IMG/VR virus record: IMGVR_UViG_3300034082_002556
Source of the DNA: an uncultured virus (IMG/VR IMGVR_UViG_3300034082_002556)
Taxonomy: Duplodnaviria > Heunggongvirae > Uroviricota > Caudoviricetes
DNA length: 64,000 nt
Direction: 5' to 3' (one strand)
Below, piece after piece: positions 18,960 to 26,620 of this stretch. Position 1 is the stretch's first letter, and each line of letters begins with the position of its first letter. The position numbers were made by a program, and so were the translations under genes. The notes beneath the pieces are model-generated. The model saw only the letters and a list, made by a program, of their open reading frames with translations. It had not been told where the DNA came from and did no database searches.

Positions 18960-21900
18960 TTAATTTTGTGCTACACGCAACATTTGCTGACTAATGGAAT
19001 TATTACTGCGTTGTTCTCTAACCATCTCTTGCATGGTTGAAATCAGTACACTTTGATCAATTGGTTGCGGTTGTGATATTTGTTGAAATGTTGATCTAAT
19101 TTCTTGAACCACTGCTGTGGTGAGACCTTTGATAATTTCAGCAAAGTTTGGATCCATTTGAGTTGGATTAGTCTTACCAGGCGCTGACATCATGGCATCA
19201 ATGCCTTTTAACATTGATGTATATTTGTTTGCTGGGCCTGCCAGTGATTCTGTGAGACTGCTAATTGCATCACTAAATTTTGGATCCAGTTGCATTGGAA
19301 TTTTTTTGCCATCTGGTAACGGAACCACAGCTTCTGTACCATGCAATGTTGCTGGATATCCACTTAGCGGTCCAGTTAGTATGCCACCCTTGGACGCTTG
19401 TAAAACTTTACCTTCTCTAAATCCCTCAACTTGATTAATTGTATTCAACAAAGTTGACTTTTGCCCAGCATCTAGCGTCCCTAGTATGGTAGTAGGAGGA
19501 ACGCCCAAAGCCTTAACTATTGAATTAATGTAGCCTGCTGTGTTATTTTCAGTAGGTGGTGCATATCGAGATATTGCATCAGCAATGCTGAGATTGACAT
19601 ATTTGCTTCTAGAACCAAACAGCAATTCTTCTTTGGCTTTGGATCCTTTTTCCAGTGTTGGAAACACAGCAAATCTTCCGTCGCTGCCAACGGCTCCCAT
19701 GCTCTGCGAAAATTGCCCAAATTCAATATTACCTGGGTTGTTGTTGCGCCAATTACGTGCGCCCTCACGACGTTGTTTATCGCCATCCACGGTACTAACT
19801 GTAGTATACCCCCTTCCAGCATCCACCACGCCTGCAGCTGGTTTTGCTGAAACTGGAGTTCCTGGTGCCGCTGTTGCCCCTGCCCTGCCACCTGTTGCTG
19901 GAGCTGTACCACCTGTTGCTGGAGCTGTACCACCTGTTGCTGGAGCTGTACCACCTGTTGCTGGCAGCCGGCCGGTATCTTTGAGAACCTGTGTATCTGA
20001 CGCAACTCGCTCTTCTTTGGCTGCGCCAGCTAGCCCTTTGATACGCTTGCCTATACCCTCAGCACCAACAAACCCAATTATGTCGCCTAGTGCGTCACCA
20101 AGATTCTCAATTGCTTGTGCAGTAGCAATACTGGCTTTCTCTGTGAGTTTGGCTTTTTCCCAGTTGGCTTTGTCTTGTTCTTCAACCATTGCTGCTCGAG
20201 ATGCTTGATCTGTTAGCAATTTTTCAGGGTTCAGTCCCAGAGTCGCTAGCGTAGCTGTTGTATCAGCCGCAGTTCTTGGTCTTTGAACTTCGTTTACTGG
20301 ATTAACCGGCTCCTCGGCTGTTATGCCTTTTAAATCCATGCCAGTTTCTCGGGCCACAACCTTGATAAACTCATTCAACGATGTGGTAAAACCCTGAACT
20401 GCTGTTGTTGCCGCCGGCATTGCATTAAAGCCAAAATTCTGAATCTGTCGACCCATTTGCTCCATGGCTTTTTGAGCATCAACTGTTTTGTTAGTCAACT
20501 CATCTTGACCAGCAACTTGTGCATCCTGTGCCTTTTGTGCTTTAATGGTGTTGCCTTCAATTGTGGCTCTGTTGAAATCGCTCAGTTCAGCGTACTTTAT
20601 AAAAGCGTCTGTTCCGTCGCCAGCTGCCTTGGCATAAGATTGCTGAATAGCTTCATTTTCGCGTGTGGCACGTTGCAATCTTACTAGTGCTTCACCTTGA
20701 TCAATTTCTCTACGTTTTAAAGCATCAACAATGTCAACAATTGCGCCGCCGGTGGCCTGGAATCCTTTGACTGCCGCACTACTATTAGTAAATCCAGTAG
20801 CAGTGTCTCGCACTGCGGCGCCTAGTTCTGGAGCTATCTTTGAAACCACTGTTTGGAAACCCAGCAACTCCTTAGCAGCCTGTTCGCCACCGCTGGCAAT
20901 CATTTCATCAATTGATGCACGGAAGCGACCTTCGCCTAGTGCGGCATCCTGCTGATCTTGAATGGCCTTGCGATTCATACCAGTCACTTTGGCCAGCAAA
21001 TCCAATTCCTTGGCATATTCAACTGTGCCTTGTTTTAGTTGCATTGCTGTTTTATTTTGACTTAGCCCCAGGCGTGTCTGTTGAGAAACAAACGCTCCAG
21101 CAGCCTCGCCCATCTGGTCAGCATTGTATCCCATTCTACGAAGAGCGTCACCAGCATCGCTGTCAACAATATCGCCAACAATCTTACTAAAATCTGCTGC
21201 CCCGTCGCCCACAGTGCCACGGAATCTAGCTAGAGTAGCTGAATTTTCTGTAATGGATTTTTTGAATCCATCTAGGCTCATGCCTGAATCCAAGAACTGT
21301 TGTTGAACTCCACTCATGCCACGTGCAGTGAGTGCCCCAGTCTGGCCTAGATCATTAAAAGTTTCTACAGTTTTTTGTAGCTGGGTTATTACAAACTTGC
21401 TGCCTTCAGCTACTATTTTAATAGCACCTGAAATAGCAGATCCAGCAAGCGGAATGGCTTCAGCCATTTTACCAAGAGAATTGCTTACTGAATCAATGAT
21501 TGGGTTTAGTGCAGTGAATTTGTTGTTGCCATCAGCCAGTTCCATCAAGAACTTGCCAGTGGCACTGGCAAATGCACCCAGTGTGTCCATTGCTCCTGAT
21601 ACTGCTGCGCCCAGTGTACGGAACGCAATATTAAGCGCAACACTTTCACCAGCCATGGCTTCAAGTTTCTTGTTGAACATACTACTAACTGTTAGCCCAC
21701 GGAACATTTCATCAACGTATTGCCCGGCTGCTGTTCGTTGTCTGTTTTGTGCTTCTATACTAGCCAGTGCAGATTGATTTTCTGCACGACGATTGACTTC
21801 CCTAGCTTTTTTGTCTTCAATAGCAAGTTCTGCTTGGCTCAGTGTTGCCCGACGAGCAACTTCTCGTTGTGCGGCTGCTGCTTCTTCAGCAGTTTTGGTT

Positions 21901-22169
21901 GCAGTTGCTTGGGCTTTTCGAAGAGCTTCCTGGGCATCGGTAGCTTTGTCAACTTCTTTAACAAACTCGCCCATGGCTCGATCTTGCTGTGCACGAGTGC
22001 GATTGTTGGTATCCATGGTAGCCGAGAGTCGTGCCAGTGCATTGACAATCTTGTCAGTGCCGCGCTCGCCAGATTTTGTGTCTTCTGTTCCGCGAGTTGC
22101 ACTCATAGAGTTGAGAACTGGCACCAATCGTCTCAGTTCTTCAATAAGGTCTAATAATTGTTGATCCAT
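18960..22169 (-). CDS. Tape measure protein with C-terminal lysozyme-like (RNNNPGNI) domain
   Basis: Long Ala-rich helical protein; RNWRNNNPGNI..FAVFPT..YAPPTENNT..VEG; LHGTEAVVPL. Start moved to 22169. Confidence 0.75.
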   Translation of the reverse strand: MDQQLLDLIEELRRLVPVLNSMSATRGTEDTKSGERGTDKIVNALARLSATMDTNNRTRAQQDRAMGEFVKEVDKATDAQEALRKAQATATKTAEEAAAAQREVARRATLSQAELAIEDKKAREVNRRAENQSALASIEAQNRQRTAAGQYVDEMFRGLTVSSMFNKKLEAMAGESVALNIAFRTLGAAVSGAMDTLGAFASATGKFLMELADGNNKFTALNPIIDSVSNSLGKMAEAIPLAGSAISGAIKIVAEGSKFVITQLQKTVETFNDLGQTGALTARGMSGVQQQFLDSGMSLDGFKKSITENSATLARFRGTVGDGAADFSKIVGDIVDSDAGDALRRMGYNADQMGEAAGAFVSQQTRLGLSQNKTAMQLKQGTVEYAKELDLLAKVTGMNRKAIQDQQDAALGEGRFRASIDEMIASGGEQAAKELLGFQTVVSKIAPELGAAVRDTATGFTNSSAAVKGFQATGGAIVDIVDALKRREIDQGEALVRLQRATRENEAIQQSYAKAAGDGTDAFIKYAELSDFNRATIEGNTIKAQKAQDAQVAGQDELTNKTVDAQKAMEQMGRQIQNFGFNAMPAATTAVQGFTTSLNEFIKVVARETGMDLKGITAEEPVNPVNEVQRPRTAADTTATLATLGLNPEKLLTDQASRAAMVEEQDKANWEKAKLTEKASIATAQAIENLGDALGDIIGFVGAEGIGKRIKGLAGAAKEERVASDTQVLKDTGRLPATGGTAPATGGTAPATGGTAPATGGRAGATAAPGTPVSAKPAAGVVDAGRGYTTVSTVDGDKQRREGARNWRNNNPGNIEFGQFSQSMGAVGSDGRFAVFPTLEKGSKAKEELLFGSRSKYVNLSIADAISRYAPPTENNTAGYINSIVKALGVPPTTILGTLDAGQKSTLLNTINQVEGFREGKVLQASKGGILTGPLSGYPATLHGTEAVVPLPDGKKIPMQLDPKFSDAISSLTESLAGPANKYTSMLKGIDAMMSAPGKTNPTQMDPNFAEIIKGLTTAVVQEIRSTFQQISQPQPIDQSVLISTMQEMVREQRSNNSISQQMLRVAQN
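19888..19964. repeat. 21-nt tandem repeat x3.7 encoding (PATGGTA)n linker
   Basis: ccacctgttgctggagctgta repeated perfectly. Confidence 0.95.
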
Positions 22170-22180
22170 GGATTTTAACC

Positions 22181-22207
22181 TATAAATAATTCTAACTGTA
22201 TATTTAC
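22181..22207. promoter_or_regulatory. Pair of face-to-face late promoters (TATAAATA on + at 22181-22188; GTAAATA on - at 22201-22207)
   Basis: Located between the divergent tape measure and gp26-like genes. Confidence 0.6.
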
Positions 22208-22221
22208 CGTTAAGGAAAATC

Positions 22222-23058
22222 ATGAACCCAAACCCACTAAGCCAATATTTTAGACAACCCGCAGTTTTCATCAAACTGCCCAGCCAAGGCAAGTACTATC
22301 CTGCTGGTGCCCTGGAAGCAACTGCAAATGGAGAATATCCTGTGTTGCCCATGACCACACTGGATGAAATCACTTACCGAACCCCTGATGCATTGTTCAA
22401 CGGTCAAGCTGTTATTTCGGTAATCCAAAGCTGTGTGCCCAACATTAAAAATGCTTGGCAAATGCCCGGCATGGACATTGACACTGTACTGGTGGCTATT
22501 CGAACAGCCACTTATGGGCATGTGTTAGACATTTCTAGTCAGTGCCCAAAATGCGGAGAAGAAGCAGATTACGGTGCTGATTTACGAATTGTGATGGACT
22601 CGATTCACGCACCTGACTACTCTAAACAATTGAATCTCGGAGATTTAGAGATTTATTTCAAGCCCATGTCCTACAAACAAATGAATGAAAACAGCATGAC
22701 GCAGTTTGAAGAACAAAAAACTCTGCAGATGCTACAGTCTGATGACAGCGATAGTGCAACCAAACTCAATCAACTTGGGGAAGTGTTGAAAAAAATCACA
22801 GCAGTCACAACTGCTGCTTTGGCTCAAAACATTGAACTGGTCAAAACGCCAAGTGCCCAGGTCAGCGACCTTGCACACATCACCGAGTGGTTGGGCAATT
22901 GCGACCGCACAATGTTTGCACGTATACGAGATCATATCATTGCACAAAAACAACAAGGTGAATTACAACCCTTGGATGTCAAGTGCAATAACTGTGCAAA
23001 CGAGTACAAACAATCGTTTACACTGGACATGACAAATTTTTTCGGAGCCGCCTCTTAA
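22222..23058 (+). CDS. gp26: Baseplate hub assembly protein / tail assembly chaperone (gp26-like)
   Basis: IKLPSQGKYY, PMT--DE, D-D--LVAIR-ATYG, two CxxC motifs, ends in NFF. Confidence 0.75.
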   Translation: MNPNPLSQYFRQPAVFIKLPSQGKYYPAGALEATANGEYPVLPMTTLDEITYRTPDALFNGQAVISVIQSCVPNIKNAWQMPGMDIDTVLVAIRTATYGHVLDISSQCPKCGEEADYGADLRIVMDSIHAPDYSKQLNLGDLEIYFKPMSYKQMNENSMTQFEEQKTLQMLQSDDSDSATKLNQLGEVLKKITAVTTAALAQNIELVKTPSAQVSDLAHITEWLGNCDRTMFARIRDHIIAQKQQGELQPLDVKCNNCANEYKQSFTLDMTNFFGAAS

Positions 23059-23096
23059 CTCAAACCACTGATCAAATTATCAAAACAATTGATCGT

Positions 23097-23273
23097 ATGG
23101 AGCGGGAAACAAAAGGTATAAAATCCGACGTGCTTAGAATGTGTTGGGGCATGAGGGGCGGCTTGACATACAACGAGGCAATGCATCTAGGATACACTGA
23201 AAGAGAATTGATTGGCTTATTGATCAAAGAAAATCTTGATACTACCAAGAAAACTGGATTAAACTACTTCTAA
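23097..23273 (+). CDS. Small gp51-like ORF (58 aa from ATG), probably expressed as a -1 frameshift extension of gp26
   Basis: MERETKGIKSDVLRMCWGMRGGLTYNEAMHLGYTERELIGLLIKENLDTTKKTGLNYF; the frame is open back through the slippery site at 23034-23043. Confidence 0.7.
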   Translation: MERETKGIKSDVLRMCWGMRGGLTYNEAMHLGYTERELIGLLIKENLDTTKKTGLNYF

Positions 23274-23274
23274 C

Positions 23275-23778
23275 ATGGATCATGTACAGGCAAAAATGGA
23301 TGTGATCAATTGGATCACTGGATTTGTTGAAAAGCCCAATCCATTACTCAACGGCTGGGCACCATGTCCGTATGCACGTCAGGCACGAGTGCAAAGTCGA
23401 ATTAACATCAGGATTGGCCAGACACCCAACCAGGACCTGGAAAATATCACCGCACACGACTTCAAGGATCTTGACGTTATTGCATTGATCTACGATCCTG
23501 CAGAGTGGCCGCTGTTGACTTTTAGATCTGCCTGGCAACACATGCAGAACCAAGTGTTAGAAGAACGTGGAATTTATGTGCTTGAAGATCACCCCGAAGA
23601 CCTTGAACAAGTGCTCGGAGTTGTCATGAACCAAGGCAGCTGGGCACTGCTGTTTGTTCAGTTGCGTTGCAAGCTTGAAGAAGCTGCCACACAACTTGCT
23701 GCCAAGGGCTACTACGATAATTGGCCTAGCCCGTATCTAGACTCATTGTTTCATGGCCGACACGATCCCAGATTATGA
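23275..23778 (+). CDS. Hypothetical protein, DUF1415-like
   Basis: W---FVE....PCPYA and DHP motifs recalled from DUF1415. Confidence 0.5.
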   Translation: MDHVQAKMDVINWITGFVEKPNPLLNGWAPCPYARQARVQSRINIRIGQTPNQDLENITAHDFKDLDVIALIYDPAEWPLLTFRSAWQHMQNQVLEERGIYVLEDHPEDLEQVLGVVMNQGSWALLFVQLRCKLEEAATQLAAKGYYDNWPSPYLDSLFHGRHDPRL

Positions 23779-24206
23779 CATACCAGTATGCTCGTATCAA
23801 TTTGGCCAACACTCAGTATCAACCCTGTTGCGACTGGTATTACATCACTCAGCCCGACATTGCTGAGCTGAACTCAATATATGCAACCTACTGTAGATAC
23901 AAAAGGTTCAGTAGTGTCATGCCAATATTTGACAGTCAGTATCTGGATGCTGACACCGACATAATTGGCTATCGTGATCAACAGCAATTAGTGGCGTTTT
24001 CCTTGATCAAACGCTACAACGATCATCACGCATTATGTGCACAATTTGCATGGACTTACAGCAAGCCCAGTCTAAGACTGGGCATCAGTAGTCTACAAAC
24101 TGAGTGTGCAATTTATCGCGAGCGTGGGTTTCAGTACTTGTACTTGGACCAAGCTCATTTGTACAAACAAAGCATTGAAGGCTTTGAACTTTTAGGACCT
24201 ATATAA
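23775..24206 (+). CDS. Aminoacyl-tRNA--protein transferase C-terminal (ATE_C/Bpt-like, GNAT fold) protein
   Basis: GYR---LVAFS..FAW-Y--P-LRLG--SL--E----RERGFQYLYL----YK matches the ATE_C pattern. Confidence 0.6.
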   Translation: MTYQYARINLANTQYQPCCDWYYITQPDIAELNSIYATYCRYKRFSSVMPIFDSQYLDADTDIIGYRDQQQLVAFSLIKRYNDHHALCAQFAWTYSKPSLRLGISSLQTECAIYRERGFQYLYLDQAHLYKQSIEGFELLGPI

Positions 24207-24207
24207 C

Positions 24208-24546
24208 ATGGCAGACATTTACACAATTTGGGCAGACAAAGAAGGCGACATATCAGACTTGGACTGGGTCAATGGTATGAAGAGCTTTTTTGACCACTTG
24301 AAATCTGAAGACAAGATGATGGACTATCGCATCACCAGATGCAAGATGGGATTTCGTAGCATTGCCAGCATGCCCGAATGGATGATACTCATGGAGTTTC
24401 GTGACATGGCACAGATGGACGAGGCATTCCGACGTGTTGCTCCGTTGTCGGGTGAGCTTGAAGCCAAACACAAGAGTTTTAATCAATTTGTTTCGGGGAC
24501 GATACAACACGCATTGTTCCGTGATTGGCCAGATACGTTTGTATGA
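24208..24546 (+). CDS. Hypothetical protein, DUF6614-like alpha/beta barrel
   Basis: HLK..I-R-K-GF..EF-DMAQMD-AF pattern. Confidence 0.5.
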   Translation: MADIYTIWADKEGDISDLDWVNGMKSFFDHLKSEDKMMDYRITRCKMGFRSIASMPEWMILMEFRDMAQMDEAFRRVAPLSGELEAKHKSFNQFVSGTIQHALFRDWPDTFV

Positions 24547-24917
24547 TGGTATTGGCTCCTATCAGCGTGGGCGAGTTAGTTGATAAAATCACAATACTAG
24601 AAATCAAACTAGCCCATGCAAGAACACTAGACCAAACGGATAACATTCGTAAAGAACTGGTGTTGCTCGTGGAAATACTTGAGTCACATGATCTAGCTCA
24701 AGTCGTAGAAACACTTAGACAACAGCTTGCAAAAGTGAATCAGGAGTTGTGGGATATCGAAGATCACAAACGCAGTCATGAAAAACACAAACTATTCGAT
24801 GATGCGTTTATTGCTCTAGCTAGAAATGTGTACATCAAGAACGATCAACGTGCTGTTATCAAAAGACAGATCAATACATTATGTCACAGTGACATAGTGG
24901 AAGAAAAATTATATTAG
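24543..24917 (+). CDS. DUF6165-like protein
   Basis: APISVGELVDKITILEIK..LWDIED..F--LAR-VY--ND-RA--KR-IN..EEK-Y. Confidence 0.7.
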   Translation: MMVLAPISVGELVDKITILEIKLAHARTLDQTDNIRKELVLLVEILESHDLAQVVETLRQQLAKVNQELWDIEDHKRSHEKHKLFDDAFIALARNVYIKNDQRAVIKRQINTLCHSDIVEEKLY

Positions 24918-24925
24918 TTATTAAG

Positions 24926-25001
24926 AGAACTGCTACGCAGTTCTTTGTTCTTCGCTTACGCTCGAACAATGTTTTGATTTGTTTTATTGAGCGTAAGCGA
25001 A
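24926..25001. other. Cluster of hairpins and inverted repeats (terminator- or origin-like)
   Basis: agaactgc-tac-gcagttct (24926-24944); 13-bp perfect inverted repeat ttcgcttacgctc (24951-24963) / gagcgtaagcgaa (24989-25001). Confidence 0.6.
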
Positions 25002-25350
25002 ACAGTTATCATCTAGATTCTTTGGTCATAGTTGCCCGTTAACCGGGCAAGGTATGATTCGTCGTCATCATCTGAGTTCGTATCAGTCATCTAGTATCAG
25101 GAGATTTACAGTACATTGGCATTATCGTACTGTATCGGAGGCGGTTATGCTGTACCCCCTACCCCAGCCTTGTCTCACAACGGAGTGCAGTTGATCCCAT
25201 ACTAGCGAAATCACTTGCATAGCGGTTGTATCTGTTTCACAGAGCCGCAATCTTTTAGGCCTAAGTTAGCTTGTTCTTTGACGCCCAAGATCTGATGGCA
25301 CAGCACAACCTGTACAACCTCAATGGGGCCAGTCCACGACTGGCACAGTG
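25002..25350 (-). ncRNA. Candidate large structured non-coding RNA, family not recognised
   Basis: No ORF of 60 aa or more; multiple stems, a 14-bp long-range helix and a 7-bp pseudoknot; mismatches resolve as G-U pairs only on the minus strand. Confidence 0.65.
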
Positions 25351-25411
25351 TCTAATTTGTTGCTTTAAAATTTGTTTGGTAAGAGTGGATCAACACACTT
25401 GCCAAGATGCC

Positions 25412-26128
25412 TTATTTTAATTTGATAGTTTCTAACACAGGACGAATTGTTGCATGTTGCAAGCTAATCCAGTATTCTACAAAATCAAATCGTATTAATT
25501 TGTGTTTGAGGTCTAAATGCTTGATAATGTTGCCGTACACTATTTCAAATTTTTCTAAATTAATCAAGTTGCCAAATGATACTTCTAGTAGTCTGTTGTC
25601 TACGAACTGTGATTCGTTGCTAACAAACTGTGCAGTATCATCATACACAAAATCAGAATACTGATTGTTGTTTTTGTATGTTGCTAGCCACTGAGTCGCC
25701 TGTTTCTCTAATAAGTTGCCTGGGGTAATTCTTATTATTTTTGCATTGGGGAAAAACAATAATATTTTAGAAATTTCATCATTGCGGCAATAGTGATTAG
25801 AGAATATCACCTGATCCATCAAACTGTAATTTAAATTTTTTCTTCCAATTTCTGTATTGATGTCGTGTATTAGTTGTTGATTGAGTTCAAGTTGTTGAGT
25901 TTGTTTGTATTTTATATTTGTAAGTTTTGAGTCAGTTGGTCTGAATATAACCTGCCCATGTTCGCTGATTCCAAAATAGTAACATCCTGTTTGACCATAA
26001 TGAAAATTTACAATCGCTGCCAGCAAATCGCCAGCAGCTCCTGGGGGGTAGACTATCCATACACATGGATCGTCTTTTGAAAAATCAACACCGTCTATGA
26101 AATGTTCAAATTTACTATCGTACTTCAT
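25412..26128 (-). CDS. Hypothetical protein (weak sulfotransferase-like/P-loop N-terminal motif)
   Basis: IVYPPGAAGDLL motif; visibly more AT-rich than its neighbours. Confidence 0.5.
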   Translation of the reverse strand: MKYDSKFEHFIDGVDFSKDDPCVWIVYPPGAAGDLLAAIVNFHYGQTGCYYFGISEHGQVIFRPTDSKLTNIKYKQTQQLELNQQLIHDINTEIGRKNLNYSLMDQVIFSNHYCRNDEISKILLFFPNAKIIRITPGNLLEKQATQWLATYKNNNQYSDFVYDDTAQFVSNESQFVDNRLLEVSFGNLINLEKFEIVYGNIIKHLDLKHKLIRFDFVEYWISLQHATIRPVLETIKLK

Positions 26129-26563
26129 TTACAGTTGCATTTTGTTTATAATATGTGATCCATGTACTCTAACTTGTATATGACCATTGTAATAATCTCG
26201 TGATTCTAATACTTTTCTTGAAAACTGCTCTCTTGCCTCAATGTAACTACATTCTGATTTGGAGTTGCAATAAAAAAGTATTTCTCTGGTGAAGTTTTCG
26301 GTGCCTAGTTTTTCGATGTCTGAAGTCAATTCTGGGCTTGACCCATAGTACTCTCTCCAGTCTGAGTCGACTTTTGATCGTATCTTTTTCTTCTTCTTTG
26401 TGCCGTTTTTGAGTTTGACTGTTTTTTGAGTTGTCTTACTAAATTTTGCTAATTTTTTGCCTATGTACTTGCGTCCAGAAAGATTATTTGTGATCAAATA
26501 AACAAATCCTACACAATCTTCTGGTAAAGTCTCGATCGGAGTATTTTGATATAACCAGGTCAT
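26129..26563 (-). CDS. Stand-alone GIY-YIG family endonuclease
   Basis: GFVYLITN--SGRKYIGKK, W--YYGSS, F-REIL, E--Q, YYN. Confidence 0.85.
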   Translation of the reverse strand: MTWLYQNTPIETLPEDCVGFVYLITNNLSGRKYIGKKLAKFSKTTQKTVKLKNGTKKKKKIRSKVDSDWREYYGSSPELTSDIEKLGTENFTREILFYCNSKSECSYIEAREQFSRKVLESRDYYNGHIQVRVHGSHIINKMQL

Positions 26564-26620
26564 TTGTGTATACAGTTTGTTTTTGCATTGTAGTTATGCC
26601 TATCTAGTGATGTTTTAAAA

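Noticed and set aside
19517..20208. Overlapping ORFs 19517-20005 (-) and 19540-20208 (+)
   Set aside because: Alternative-frame and antisense by-products of the tape measure gene and its 21-nt repeat
22170..22292. ORF-track start of the tape measure gene at 22292 (likewise 16901, 30640, 31647, 9753, 60692)
   Set aside because: These extensions overlap promoters or neighbouring genes; the downstream starts fit SD or promoter positions better
25009..25100. CRISPR or TIGR-like array
   Set aside because: Only short, irregularly spaced motifs with no periodic repeat-spacer units; no Cas or Nop-domain gene seen
24920..25400. Group I/II intron, tmRNA, RNase P RNA or tRNA in the non-coding gap
   Set aside because: No recognisable P7, domain V, tRNA-like ends or GAGGAAAGUCC motif, and the flanking genes are convergent and intact; not excluded without a covariance-model search
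26129..26563. GIY-YIG gene as a mobile homing endonuclease or intron ORF
   Set aside because: It lacks a DNA-binding tail and does not interrupt a gene; treated as a resident nuclease
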